Source: an uncultured delta proteobacterium (GTDB lineage: Bacteria; Myxococcota_A; Polyangia; Fen-1088). From it: 64,000 nucleotides of DNA. The DNA is taken from positions 128,001 to 192,000 of the forward strand of contig CAVWIP010000016.1 of NCBI GenBank assembly GCA_963755125.1, read 5' to 3'. A program made the position numbers and the translations under genes. This document shows positions 1-9,067 of the stretch, one piece after another. The notes beneath the pieces are model-generated. The model was given only the letters and a program-made list of their open reading frames with translations. It searched no databases and was not told the origin of the DNA. Position 1 is the stretch's first letter, and each line of letters begins with the position of its first letter.

Positions 1-10
1 ACGTATGCCA

Positions 11-97
11 TTACTCGGTCCCCGCCTGCGGGGCCGAAACTCTACCCAGCCCCTGATGGTTCCGCTGGTGATGGTAATGCGGCAGGCACTCCGGCAT
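11..97 (-). CDS. Putative 28-aa His-rich micro-ORF / leader peptide (MPECLPHYHHQRNHQGLGRVSAPQAGTE)
   Basis: GGAGGTG just upstream of the ATG at 97; its stop overlaps the next ATG (TAATG, 13-9), which starts MAY... and runs off the window edge. Confidence 0.45.
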   Translation of the reverse strand: MPECLPHYHHQRNHQGLGRVSAPQAGTE

Positions 98-171
98 GAC
101 ACCTCCCTGGCTACTCCTTTGTACACCTTTGCCCGCCCTTCGCAAGAACACCGACGGCTCTCTCACCTCAT

Positions 172-1221
172 CTACCCCCAGCGAAACCAGCGCAGCCCGA
201 GCACGAACGACACGGTTCCCCACGCGGCCAGCACGGCCAGATAGGGCAGCGTGCCCAGCACACCGGCGCCGTCGATGGTCACCGCGCGCAGGCCGTCGCA
301 CATGGCGGTGAGCGGCAGTGCGCTGATGAAAGGACGCACGAGTTCCGGGAAGCGCGTCGACGAGAAGAACACGCCGGACAGCACGAACATGGGCAGCATC
401 ACCAGATTCATCAGGCCGCTCACCGTTTGCATGTTCTGCGCGCGCGACGATACCAGGATGGCGATGGCGGCAAAGCTGGCGCTGCCAGCCAGGCTGACCA
501 GACCCAGCGCCGCGTACGAGCCGGCCACCTGCACGCCGAACACCAGGCGCGCGAAGATCAGGATGACCGCCATCTCGAATGGAATCACCACCAGGCGCGA
601 CAGACCGAAGGCGAACAGCAAATGCCGTCGTCGCATGGGCGCGGCCAGCAGGCGCTTGAGCAGCTTGCGCACGCGCATCTCCACGATCACCCAGCCGATG
701 CCCCACATGGACCCCGACATCAGATTCATGGCCAGCAGGCCCGGGATGAGAAAATCGATGTAGCGCGAGCCGGGCTCGCTCACCTCTTGATCGCGGACGC
801 CCAGTGGATCCTGTCGGCCCGCTGCCTTCTGCAAGAGAGCATCGACCGTGGCGCGGGCCAGGCGGGCCTCGGGACGTGCAGGATCGAAACGATAAGTGAA
901 AGCATCGCCCGGCTGCGCCGGCGGCACCAGCACCACTGCCACCTGCCCCGAGCGCAAGGCAGCCTTGGCGGCCGGCTCGTCCAGCGGCCGAACCTGCACG
1001 CCACCCTTCGCGAGCGCGTCGCGCGCCCGCGCGGTTAGCCCGGGCAGCACGCCCGCCACCACCGGGTCGGGACCCTTCACCCGGAAGGCGATCCCCAGCG
1101 CCACCGACAGGAGCACCGGGAATCCGAAGGTCCAGAACAACGCGCCCGGCTCGCGCGTCATCTCGCGCAAGCGCATCAGGGTGAGCTGCACCACCGGACG
1201 CGGACGTCGCGACTCAGTCAT
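172..1221 (-). CDS. ABC-2 type transporter permease
   Basis: N-terminal TM, extracellular loop, YIDFLIPGLLAM, 5 C-terminal TMs, LSGVFF...P motif; overlaps the ATPase gene. Confidence 0.92.
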   Translation of the reverse strand: MTESRRPRPVVQLTLMRLREMTREPGALFWTFGFPVLLSVALGIAFRVKGPDPVVAGVLPGLTARARDALAKGGVQVRPLDEPAAKAALRSGQVAVVLVPPAQPGDAFTYRFDPARPEARLARATVDALLQKAAGRQDPLGVRDQEVSEPGSRYIDFLIPGLLAMNLMSGSMWGIGWVIVEMRVRKLLKRLLAAPMRRRHLLFAFGLSRLVVIPFEMAVILIFARLVFGVQVAGSYAALGLVSLAGSASFAAIAILVSSRAQNMQTVSGLMNLVMLPMFVLSGVFFSSTRFPELVRPFISALPLTAMCDGLRAVTIDGAGVLGTLPYLAVLAAWGTVSFVLGLRWFRWG

Positions 1222-2206
1222 CGTGCAACGCCCTTCCAGTCAGCGACACGAACACATCTTCCAGCGTGGCCTTGCGTGTTCCCAGACGCAGCAGGCGCTG
1301 GCCGCGCTCCTGCAGCGACGCCCGCAACGCGGGCACCGCGCGATCGGGCTCGACCGCGGCCAAGGCCCACACCCCCTCGCCCGACAGGTGCACCTCGGTC
1401 ACCGTGGGCAAGCTGCGCAGCGTGGCCTCGTCGAGCGCGCCCTGCCCTGCCCCCGCTTCCAGCTCCAACTCGACCACGTGTTCGGCGCCCAGCCCGGCGA
1501 TGAGTTCCGCCGGGGTGCCCTGCCGGATGAGCCGCCCTCGATCCAGGATGGCCACCCGGTCGCACAGGCGCTGGGCCTCCTCCATGTAGTGGGTGGTCAG
1601 CACCACCGTTCCGCCGCGAGCACGATAGGCGGCCACCAGTCCCCAGATCTGCCGGCGCGACTGCGGGTCCAGGCCCGTGGTCGGCTCGTCGAGAAACAGG
1701 ATCTCCGGCTCGGCCACCAGCGCGCAGGCGATGGCCAGCCGCTGCTTCTGACCGCCTGACAGCTTGACCACCCAGGCACGCCGTTTCTCTTCCAATTGCA
1801 CGTCTGCCAGCAACGCCTCCAGCGGCCGGGGTCGCTGGTAGAAGCTACGAAACAGGGTCAGCACCTCTTCCACAGTCAGCTTCTCGGGCAGGCGCGTCTC
1901 CTGCAGGGCCACGCCCAGCCGCTCGCGCAGCCGGCTCTCGTCGTGCGCCCAATCCATGCCCAGCAATTTCACTTCGCCGCCGGTGGGATCCAGCAGTCCT
2001 TCCAGCATCTCCACCGTGGTGGTCTTGCCCGAGCCATTGGGTCCCAGCAGTCCGAAACACTCGCCGCGGCGAATGGAGAGATCCAGGCCATCCACTGCCA
2101 GCACGGTGCCCGCGCGCTTTCGCCCCGAACCGCGCCCCGCCTCGTAGATCTTGCGCAAGCCCCGGCACAGAACAGCCGGCTCAGCGTCGGGGGAAGTAAG
2201 AGTCAC
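1214..2206 (-). CDS. ABC transporter ATP-binding protein (DrrA/CcmA-like)
   Basis: Walker A GPNGSGKTT, signature LSGGQ, Walker B ILFLDEPT, H-loop TTHY, C-terminal TLEDVF. Confidence 0.95.
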   Translation of the reverse strand: MTLTSPDAEPAVLCRGLRKIYEAGRGSGRKRAGTVLAVDGLDLSIRRGECFGLLGPNGSGKTTTVEMLEGLLDPTGGEVKLLGMDWAHDESRLRERLGVALQETRLPEKLTVEEVLTLFRSFYQRPRPLEALLADVQLEEKRRAWVVKLSGGQKQRLAIACALVAEPEILFLDEPTTGLDPQSRRQIWGLVAAYRARGGTVVLTTHYMEEAQRLCDRVAILDRGRLIRQGTPAELIAGLGAEHVVELELEAGAGQGALDEATLRSLPTVTEVHLSGEGVWALAAVEPDRAVPALRASLQERGQRLLRLGTRKATLEDVFVSLTGRALHDD

Positions 2207-2351
2207 GCAGGTTGCTATAGCGTGGCGGGCGCACCCGCGCCACCAGACGGGTGCAGCAACTCACGGCAAATCCAGGACACGGACCGCCTCGTTCGTGATC
2301 ATCATGCGGCTGAATGTTGCGCCGGTGCCTCCCGCGAGTAACACTAATAGT

Positions 2352-2690
2352 GTGAGGAAGTTTTCGCACAAGCCCGATCGGGACGTGGCTCTGCTCTACG
2401 CCCCTACCGACGATGAAAAGGGTGCCCGATTCATGCGAGTGCGAAAGGGCGAGTTGCAGATGGGCGAAGCCCGCCCGCTGACCGCGGGACAATCGCTGTG
2501 CGGTCAGGAGTTGGTGCGAATGCGACGGCGTGAGGAACTTCCGATGCTGTTCGACGTCGAGGTGATCCATCCCGCCGAGCAATCCATGCGCGATACACTG
2601 GGGCCGGCGCAGGTCGCCTCCGACGAATACCGGCGCAACTGGGACGAGACGTTTGCTCCACGCAAGGCCAGCGGCGAGCGCGCCAACTGA
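2352..2690 (+). CDS. Small hypothetical protein (about 112 aa)
   Basis: Protein-like C-terminal part of ORF 2151..2690 from GTG 2352; ends GPAQVASDEYRRNWDETF. Confidence 0.6.
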   Translation: MRKFSHKPDRDVALLYAPTDDEKGARFMRVRKGELQMGEARPLTAGQSLCGQELVRMRRREELPMLFDVEVIHPAEQSMRDTLGPAQVASDEYRRNWDETFAPRKASGERAN

Positions 2691-2701
2691 CCCGCGCGCC
2701 T

Positions 2702-3490
2702 TCAATGCAAATTCGAGGGAGCCGGGTTCGCGTAGAGCGCGCCAATCTCAGCAGGTACCAGCGCCCGTCCGTAGATCACGATGTCGTCCAGATCCCCGAC
2801 GAAGTACCGCCCGCCCCCCGACCAGGTGCCCAAGTAGAGGGCGTCGCTTCCTGGCTGAATGAGGTCCGTGATGGCTTTCTCCGTCGACAGAACGCCGTTC
2901 TTGTAGAACAATATCTGCATCGCACTGCTACTGCTGTCGACGACGGCCACCAGATGGGTCCACAGGCCAACGTCGAAACCGTTGGCCTCGTCGTATGCGT
3001 AATAGCTCCCCGCATCGCCCGTGGTGGGATATGCGAAGTGGTATCTCCATGTCCTTTCCAATTCAGGAAACCGGACGTTCATTTCCCAGCCGCCACTGAA
3101 GACGACTTCGGTGCTGATGAGGGTGACGTAGGAATCGCCACTGTTGGCAGCAGGAGGTGCCCAGGAGGAAGGACGCACCCAGAGCGATACGCTCCAACTG
3201 TCCGTCGCGTTGGGGAACGACCCCACGATTACCGAGTTCCCTGAGTCGAAATGGAGTGCGCCGCCAAAGCCAGCGTGGCCAGAATCCAGGAGCCACGTGG
3301 CGCCGAGGATGGAGCCGTTATACCCGTAGCCCGAATGATCCAACAGCGTACCGCCACTTCCTTCGTCGCAAGGCCAGTACGCAACCATGTCCCCGAGACT
3401 GCCTGGCGCCAAGCCCACCACGTCGAGCCCGTGGGATGAACAAGCAGCCAGAAGCAGTGCCGGAAAAACGAATGTTCGACAAAATGCCAT
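2702..3490 (-). CDS. LamG / concanavalin A-like jellyroll lipoprotein
   Basis: Lipobox LLLAAC; AYWPCDEGSG, SVSLWVRP, WTHLVAV, FYKNG, FVGDLDDIVIYGRAL are typical LamG_3 motifs. Confidence 0.85.
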   Translation of the reverse strand: MAFCRTFVFPALLLAACSSHGLDVVGLAPGSLGDMVAYWPCDEGSGGTLLDHSGYGYNGSILGATWLLDSGHAGFGGALHFDSGNSVIVGSFPNATDSWSVSLWVRPSSWAPPAANSGDSYVTLISTEVVFSGGWEMNVRFPELERTWRYHFAYPTTGDAGSYYAYDEANGFDVGLWTHLVAVVDSSSSAMQILFYKNGVLSTEKAITDLIQPGSDALYLGTWSGGGRYFVGDLDDIVIYGRALVPAEIGALYANPAPSNLH

Positions 3491-3492
3491 CA

Positions 3493-4536
3493 CTAAAGCC
3501 ACGCAATCAGGGTCAAGCTGGACAGCAGATCCGGGCGCCCTGCCGTCGGCACCGTGGGGGAACCAAGAAAGTGGATAGCCGGATAGGGCTGGACCAATTG
3601 TGCGTGGACTTCGAGTGCAATCTCGAACCGGCTGTGCAGGGACAAGCGAATTCCGGTTCCCGCGCCGGCCAGGAAGGACCATCGCGCGGCTGTTAGTCCC
3701 TGGTAAGGCCAGGACGCCCGCCCTTCGGCCGAGGTGTACTGCGCACCGGCACCCAAGAAGAACAACGGCTGCAAGCGCTGGCGCGGCCGCAGCCGGATGC
3801 CGGCCTCGATCAGCCCGAACTGCGCCGCCACATCAGCCGAGCCCGACGGGGCCTCGACCCGCGATCGGGTGCCCAGCCCAGCCGCCGTGACCCGCACGAG
3901 TCCATAGAAACCCACCGCGCGGTCGAGCCGAATCATGGGAAGCACGGCCGGGCCCACCCCGTCGAAGCTCGCAACCACACCGCCGCCAACTTCGATCGCC
4001 CAGCGCGAGTTCCTGCGCGAATCGAGCGCACGGTCCACGAAGCGGGTCACCTCCGCAGACGGCGGCTTGGGCACGAGGGGAAACTCCCGTCCGCCGGCCA
4101 TGGCCACTTCCAGCAGGCTCGCCCGCAGAAGCTCGATCGCCCGGATGGCCAGGACCTCGGCCGCCCGATCGGACTCGGGCTGGCTGGGAATGCGCCTGAC
4201 CACTGACTTGCCGGTCACCCGGTCGATGACCCACACCTCGACGGAACCAGGCGTGGCGTCGCCCAGGATGGCGACCAGGGCATCGACGTTGTTCCCGCTC
4301 GCGATTTGCTCCAGCGATGCGCGCGGGTCGGCCCCGGCCGTGGTGGCCACTATCTGCACGTCGAATCCCGCCGACACCAGTTCGCCGTGCATGCGCACCA
4401 GCGCCTCGGCCGTGACCGCCTTGGGGTGCGCCGGTCGTACCAGGATTACCGTCGCCGCCCATCCCGTCTTTGCCGCCACGGCCGCGAGCAGCACCAGGCC
4501 CGCAGCGAAGGCTCGCCGTGAAACGATCGCGGTCAC
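3493..4536 (-). CDS. Secreted / outer-membrane hypothetical protein
   Basis: Signal peptide; C-terminal alternating beta-strands ending LIAWL; GTGA overlap with the upstream gene. Confidence 0.7.
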   Translation of the reverse strand: MTAIVSRRAFAAGLVLLAAVAAKTGWAATVILVRPAHPKAVTAEALVRMHGELVSAGFDVQIVATTAGADPRASLEQIASGNNVDALVAILGDATPGSVEVWVIDRVTGKSVVRRIPSQPESDRAAEVLAIRAIELLRASLLEVAMAGGREFPLVPKPPSAEVTRFVDRALDSRRNSRWAIEVGGGVVASFDGVGPAVLPMIRLDRAVGFYGLVRVTAAGLGTRSRVEAPSGSADVAAQFGLIEAGIRLRPRQRLQPLFFLGAGAQYTSAEGRASWPYQGLTAARWSFLAGAGTGIRLSLHSRFEIALEVHAQLVQPYPAIHFLGSPTVPTAGRPDLLSSLTLIAWL

Positions 4537-5840
4537 GGCCCTCGGCGAAGCGCCCTCGCCGCGCCGGCATAGGTGCCGGCAGGAAAGCGCCGCAGGTAGT
4601 CCTCAGCGACCCTCCGGGCCGCGGCAACTCCCATCAGCTCGTGCGTCACGATCATTTTTCGCCCCAGCGCCTCAGAAGCATAGGCCCCGGAGGGAGCCTC
4701 TTCAAGGTAGCGTTCGTACCATGACAGCGCTTTGCGTGCGTTGTCTTCGCGCACCTCTTCCTGACGCCCGAGAAGAAAGGCGGCGTCGAAAGCGCGCGCC
4801 GAACCAGGGAAGCGACTGCGTTGGGCCAGCAGCGCCTGTTTGGCGATGCTGTCTCGTCGCCGGTAGCGGGCCGCATCCGCGAGGGCCGACAAATCCTCGC
4901 CCGAGGCTTCGGCAAGGCAGCGCTCCAGTCCGCGCCGCTCGACGTCCCGGAGGATAGTATCCGCGTCTCCCGCCACCAGGGCAGCGGACCAACTGCGCGG
5001 CCAAGCCACGGCGCCGTGGCCATGGGCGCCCGAGCGCTGGCCCATCGCCTCACGCGCGGTGTCCCCGTGGTCGGTGTCATGAGCTTGCGTCAACCCCATC
5101 TCTGGCTCCGGCGAAACCGGGGCGCCGGCAGGTTGCACGGCCGCGCCACTTTCCACGTCCTGCAACACCACCTCGCGCTTGGGCAGGTTGATGGCCAGCC
5201 GCTGGCCCGCGCGTACCGTGATCGCGCCCTCGGAAAGTGGACCAGTGACCGAAACCATCCCCTGCTGCATGCGAAGATCGAGCTGCTCGCCCGTCGCGTC
5301 CCAGGACACCGTGAAGGTCGTCCCCTGCACCGTGATCAGGAAGGGTCCTGCATCGACCAGCCAGTGCGCGCCCGGTCGGTGCGCTACCTTGACCGATGCA
5401 GTTCCTCGCTCGATGGCGATGCGGGCGCCCTTGGCGTCGACCGAGCGCAGACGACCGCGCGCACCCTCGAGAAACGCCAGTTCGCTGCCCTCGGCGAAAC
5501 GCAACCGCGCGCCGGTGCTGCCCGAGGAGTGAAGGTACCCTCCGTCGACAATCTCGCCGCCTTCGACCCGGTAGGCGAGGCTTTCTGTCCCCGGCGCCCC
5601 CACCCGGCCGCCAGAGAAAATCCACCACAGGGCGCAGGCGGCCACCCCGGCCCCCATCCCGACCGCTGACAGCCTGAGCAGACGGACGCGCTGGCGTTCG
5701 TGTGCCGCAAGCCGCGCCCTGACGATGTCCAGTCCGCTCTCGCGCTGGGCCGCAGACATGGGCGGGATCGCAGAACGAACGAAGTCGGCCGCCCGTTCGA
5801 CGGTGGCTGCAGAGGTCCCTTTATCGACGTCACGTTCCAT
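4533..5840 (-). CDS. FecR-domain anti-sigma factor with C-terminal TPR-like domain
   Basis: One TM, FecR-like motifs (LRFAEGS, VDAGPFLITVQGTTFTVSWD, GMVSV), C-terminal YLRRFPAGTYA; next to an ECF sigma. Confidence 0.85.
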   Translation of the reverse strand: MERDVDKGTSAATVERAADFVRSAIPPMSAAQRESGLDIVRARLAAHERQRVRLLRLSAVGMGAGVAACALWWIFSGGRVGAPGTESLAYRVEGGEIVDGGYLHSSGSTGARLRFAEGSELAFLEGARGRLRSVDAKGARIAIERGTASVKVAHRPGAHWLVDAGPFLITVQGTTFTVSWDATGEQLDLRMQQGMVSVTGPLSEGAITVRAGQRLAINLPKREVVLQDVESGAAVQPAGAPVSPEPEMGLTQAHDTDHGDTAREAMGQRSGAHGHGAVAWPRSWSAALVAGDADTILRDVERRGLERCLAEASGEDLSALADAARYRRRDSIAKQALLAQRSRFPGSARAFDAAFLLGRQEEVREDNARKALSWYERYLEEAPSGAYASEALGRKMIVTHELMGVAAARRVAEDYLRRFPAGTYAGAARALRRGP

Positions 5841-6468
5841 CGGGAACCTGCCCTTCCGAAAAGAAACCCGCCAGATCCTTGTCGCTTGCGATCCAGTTTC
5901 CCACCTCGAGAACCGCTTGGGCATGCGCGCGCTTGACCGTCGACAACGAGATCCCCATTGCGCTGGCGATCTCTCCCAGGGTCATCGATTCGAGGTGGCG
6001 GAGCGCAAAGACCAGACGCTCGCGCGTGCCGAGCTCGTCGAGAATCACGTAGAAGCGCCGAAGCACGTCCCTGGCTTCGGGATCGGCTCCGCGGAACGGG
6101 ACGTCGGGCAGGTTCCTTGGCTCGAACAGGGTCAGCCAGCGGCCTGCTCGCTTGCGGCGCAGATCCCATTTCAGAATTCGGATCGCGAACGAAACGATGA
6201 AACTGCGCAGGGCCTCGGGCTTGCAGAGGGTGTTGGCCCGAGCGAACAGCCGATAGAACACCTCCTGCGTGATGTCCTCGGCCTCGTCATCGCTTCCCAG
6301 AGCGCGGCACGCCATGTTGAAGACGAGAGGCGCGAATCGGTTCCACGTCGCAGCCTGCGCCCATGGCTCGCCAGTCATGAGAGCCCGGGCCAGTTCAGCG
6401 TCGTCCATGTCCGGGCGCACGCCAGCCGGCACGATGTGCAGGGGTACCCGTTTGCGACCGGCAGACAT
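5830..6468 (-). CDS. ECF-type sigma-70 factor
   Basis: Region 2 AEDITQEVF; region 4 ERLVFALRHLESMTLGEIASAMGISLSTVKR; start uncertain (6531/6468/6408). Confidence 0.9.
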   Translation of the reverse strand: MSAGRKRVPLHIVPAGVRPDMDDAELARALMTGEPWAQAATWNRFAPLVFNMACRALGSDDEAEDITQEVFYRLFARANTLCKPEALRSFIVSFAIRILKWDLRRKRAGRWLTLFEPRNLPDVPFRGADPEARDVLRRFYVILDELGTRERLVFALRHLESMTLGEIASAMGISLSTVKRAHAQAVLEVGNWIASDKDLAGFFSEGQVPDGT

Positions 6469-6559
6469 GTGCGACCTGACATTCGTCCTTTCCACATCCA
6501 ACAGTAGCAGATCGGAAGTGTAGCGGTTCAAGGAGTCGCCGCGTCATCTTCCTTGCGAC

Positions 6560-7316
6560 CTACTGAAACATCACCACCGCACTCTCCACGACTTCGCCGA
6601 TAAGCGTGATTGTTGCGTTGTCGCTGGATGCGGTCGACGCGACGAGGCGCTCCAAGATCATCTGGCAATCCTGGGCGCTGAACGGGCTGAAAAGGCTTGC
6701 GTCGACCGTCAGTGCAGCCGCCGCATCCGGCGCGGTGCAATAGCAGGTGGTGGTGGGATGCGTCGATTGCTGCAAGATCAGAAGCATGCTTTCGCGCGCC
6801 CTCCCCTCCGGGTTCCACGTAACCGTGAAGTCCTGTGTACGATCTATGATGAGCACAGCCTGACCCAGCACGGGCGTGACCCCGGACAAAAATGCGGGGA
6901 CCTGCAACGCGCCTGAGAATGCATGCACGGCGTCGCCTGTCGCGACAACGGAGAGAGCGTCTCCCGGTTTCCACGGCAGGCTGCTTACATCCCCGTAGTT
7001 GCCGGCGGGAAAACCGCCGATCCCAAGATTGGACGACGAATTCCGGGCCCCACGATCCATCGCTCCCTCGGATGGACGCTTCGATGCCGCTCCCTCCACT
7101 ACCGGAGTTGAGCGTGGCGAGCGGGCTCCCTCCGCCCGTGGACGAAAGGGTCAACGTCCCGGCCGAGCCTGGGCCCGGGGTGAAGGGCGGCAGTCCAACT
7201 ACAACCTCGACCTGAGCGCAGGAGCACGTTGTGGCGGTGGGGCTCAGGTCGAGCGGCTGATCCGTCGCAGACCTCAGCTATGTGGCAGGGCCGGCGGCAG
7301 CAAAACCGTTCGGTGA
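6560..7316 (-). pseudogene. Decayed secreted/lipoprotein gene (in-frame TAG plus frameshift)
   Basis: Protein-like N part (TTCSCAQ...SAGTLTLSS) in one frame with TAG at 7278-7280; switches frame near 7020 into GGFPAGNYG...CYC...FQ; no start codon found. Confidence 0.5.
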
Positions 7317-7799
7317 CTAGGGGGGCGCATTGGGGCCTACGTTGGTCAAGGCGAACAGATAGTCCGCCCAGCGACCGTGCGGATGATGCTGGTAGTAGTA
7401 GGGCATCTCGGCGCGCGCGGCCGCCGTGTCATGCAGGTTGAGATATGCCTGAACCAGCAAGCCGTCGCGCTCGTCCGAGTCGCGCGAATCGCCGAAGCGC
7501 TCGCGCGCCTCGCGGGCCGCTTCGACCGCCTTCGCCGGGTCGGTCCGGTAATGGTCCCGGATCTGCTTCATCAAGGCAGCCTCGGCCGAGATTTCAGGTT
7601 CGGCAGCGCGGGCAGGGCCGGCATCGGGCCTGACCAGCTTGGGCGGCGGAAGGCGAGTATGAGCCAGCACAGTAACCCCGCCGACCGAGGACGGCTGCGT
7701 CTCGGTCGGCGCTTGCTGCCTTTCTCCGCGGCGAAACAGGAAAACCAGCAGCGCCGTGACCAACGAAAGCCAGAAAAGGATGTGGATGGTGCGTTTCAC
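7317..7799 (-). CDS. Membrane-anchored small TPR-like protein
   Basis: SD CAGGAGG before GTG 7799; N-terminal TM, Pro-rich linker, helical domain similar to 58169..58708. Confidence 0.75.
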   Translation of the reverse strand: MKRTIHILFWLSLVTALLVFLFRRGERQQAPTETQPSSVGGVTVLAHTRLPPPKLVRPDAGPARAAEPEISAEAALMKQIRDHYRTDPAKAVEAAREARERFGDSRDSDERDGLLVQAYLNLHDTAAARAEMPYYYQHHPHGRWADYLFALTNVGPNAPP

Positions 7800-8281
7800 G
7801 ATCCGGGCCCTCCTGAACGACAAAGTGTGGGGCCTCTCCGTTTCTAGGGACGGAAAAAAAGCCTGGCCGGAAGAGTACTAGATTTCTTGCGGGTTGTTGA
7901 GCCGAACCTTGCGATGCCCTGAGCCCCGATGGTGCGGCTGATGGTCCGGCCTGTTCCGAGACAATGGGATGGACCACGTTGGTCATCAGCAGCCCGCGTT
8001 TGGTGTCGTCGATCGCGATGAGTGTGGTTCCCACCGAGTTCACGCTGTCCGGAGCGAGAGAAATGAAAGTATCACGCCCGTGCGACTGTCGAATCTCGAC
8101 CGTCAACCGTCAGACTGCCACCGCGGAAAGATTTCGCAGGTTGACTCGCCACTCGCAAACCATACCGCTCTGCCGCGGTGGGTCTTGAGTTTGGCCCAGA
8201 CTTAGACAGCCACGACCACTTCAGGGCTTGGAGCGCACGCCCAGCCGTGCAAATATGGCGTCCGTGCTGGAGGAACCTACG

Positions 8282-8956
8282 ATGCGAACGACATTCGGCC
8301 TCTGCTTCCTTGCCCTCACCCTGACCGCCGCGACGGCGCATGCACAGGGTGTCTTCCTCGAAAAAGGGGATCCCGGCATAAGCGCCACGGTTGGTGCTGC
8401 TGCGATAGGGACGGGGTGGAGCGCGTCCGTCGTGCCCAGCTACACTTATCGGGGCATGTTCGACGTCGGTATCGACGTGACTCGCTACAGCTATAGCAGC
8501 GGGGATGCAAACCATCTCTCGTCCATCGGTCTTATGCCGTTTGCCAACGTCTATCTCACCCGTTCCGAGGATGGCCATTTGCCAGTTTCGGTCGCTGGCA
8601 CTCTCGCGGTCGAGAAACGAATCTTCATGGGCAACGGTGGGGCGCCCAATCCCGACGGATGGGGCGTGTTGTTCGGCGCCTCTGTCTTTCGGCGCATCGA
8701 CTTCAGCAACACTTTTGTCGGCATTCCCGAGGTATTCGTGGCGTATGATCTGCAGGCCACGACATGGCACAGCACAACAATAGATGGCAACGCCGCGGTT
8801 AGTCCGGGCCAGACAACAAACTATGACCAGAAACCCCGCGTGTTCCTTCGCGCCAACATGGGATTCAAGGGCGACAAGACCATGTACACAATTGCCCCCT
8901 ACGTCGGTTACCAGGCCGGTTTTGCAGTCGGCGGCAACGTGGGCGCGATTTTTTAG
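8282..8956 (+). CDS. Outer-membrane beta-barrel-like secreted protein
   Basis: SD GGAGGA; signal peptide ending AHA; amphipathic strands; terminal Phe. Confidence 0.75.
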   Translation: MRTTFGLCFLALTLTAATAHAQGVFLEKGDPGISATVGAAAIGTGWSASVVPSYTYRGMFDVGIDVTRYSYSSGDANHLSSIGLMPFANVYLTRSEDGHLPVSVAGTLAVEKRIFMGNGGAPNPDGWGVLFGASVFRRIDFSNTFVGIPEVFVAYDLQATTWHSTTIDGNAAVSPGQTTNYDQKPRVFLRANMGFKGDKTMYTIAPYVGYQAGFAVGGNVGAIF

Positions 8957-9067
8957 CGACCGTGCCGGTGCCAGTTGCGCGCCGAGACGAAGCGGCCCCG
9001 GAATCGAGCACCCGAACCGTTTGCAAAGAAGAAAACGCCTAGCTCTTACGTCTAGGACACTGGTCCC

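Noticed and set aside
2341..2353. Near-palindrome ACACTAATAGTGT as an operator
   Set aside because: Single short instance with no regulator nearby; cannot be distinguished from chance
7830..8110. ORF 7594..8106 as a gene
   Set aside because: Only a short stretch looks protein-like, it overlaps a better-supported gene and has no SD; at most a remnant
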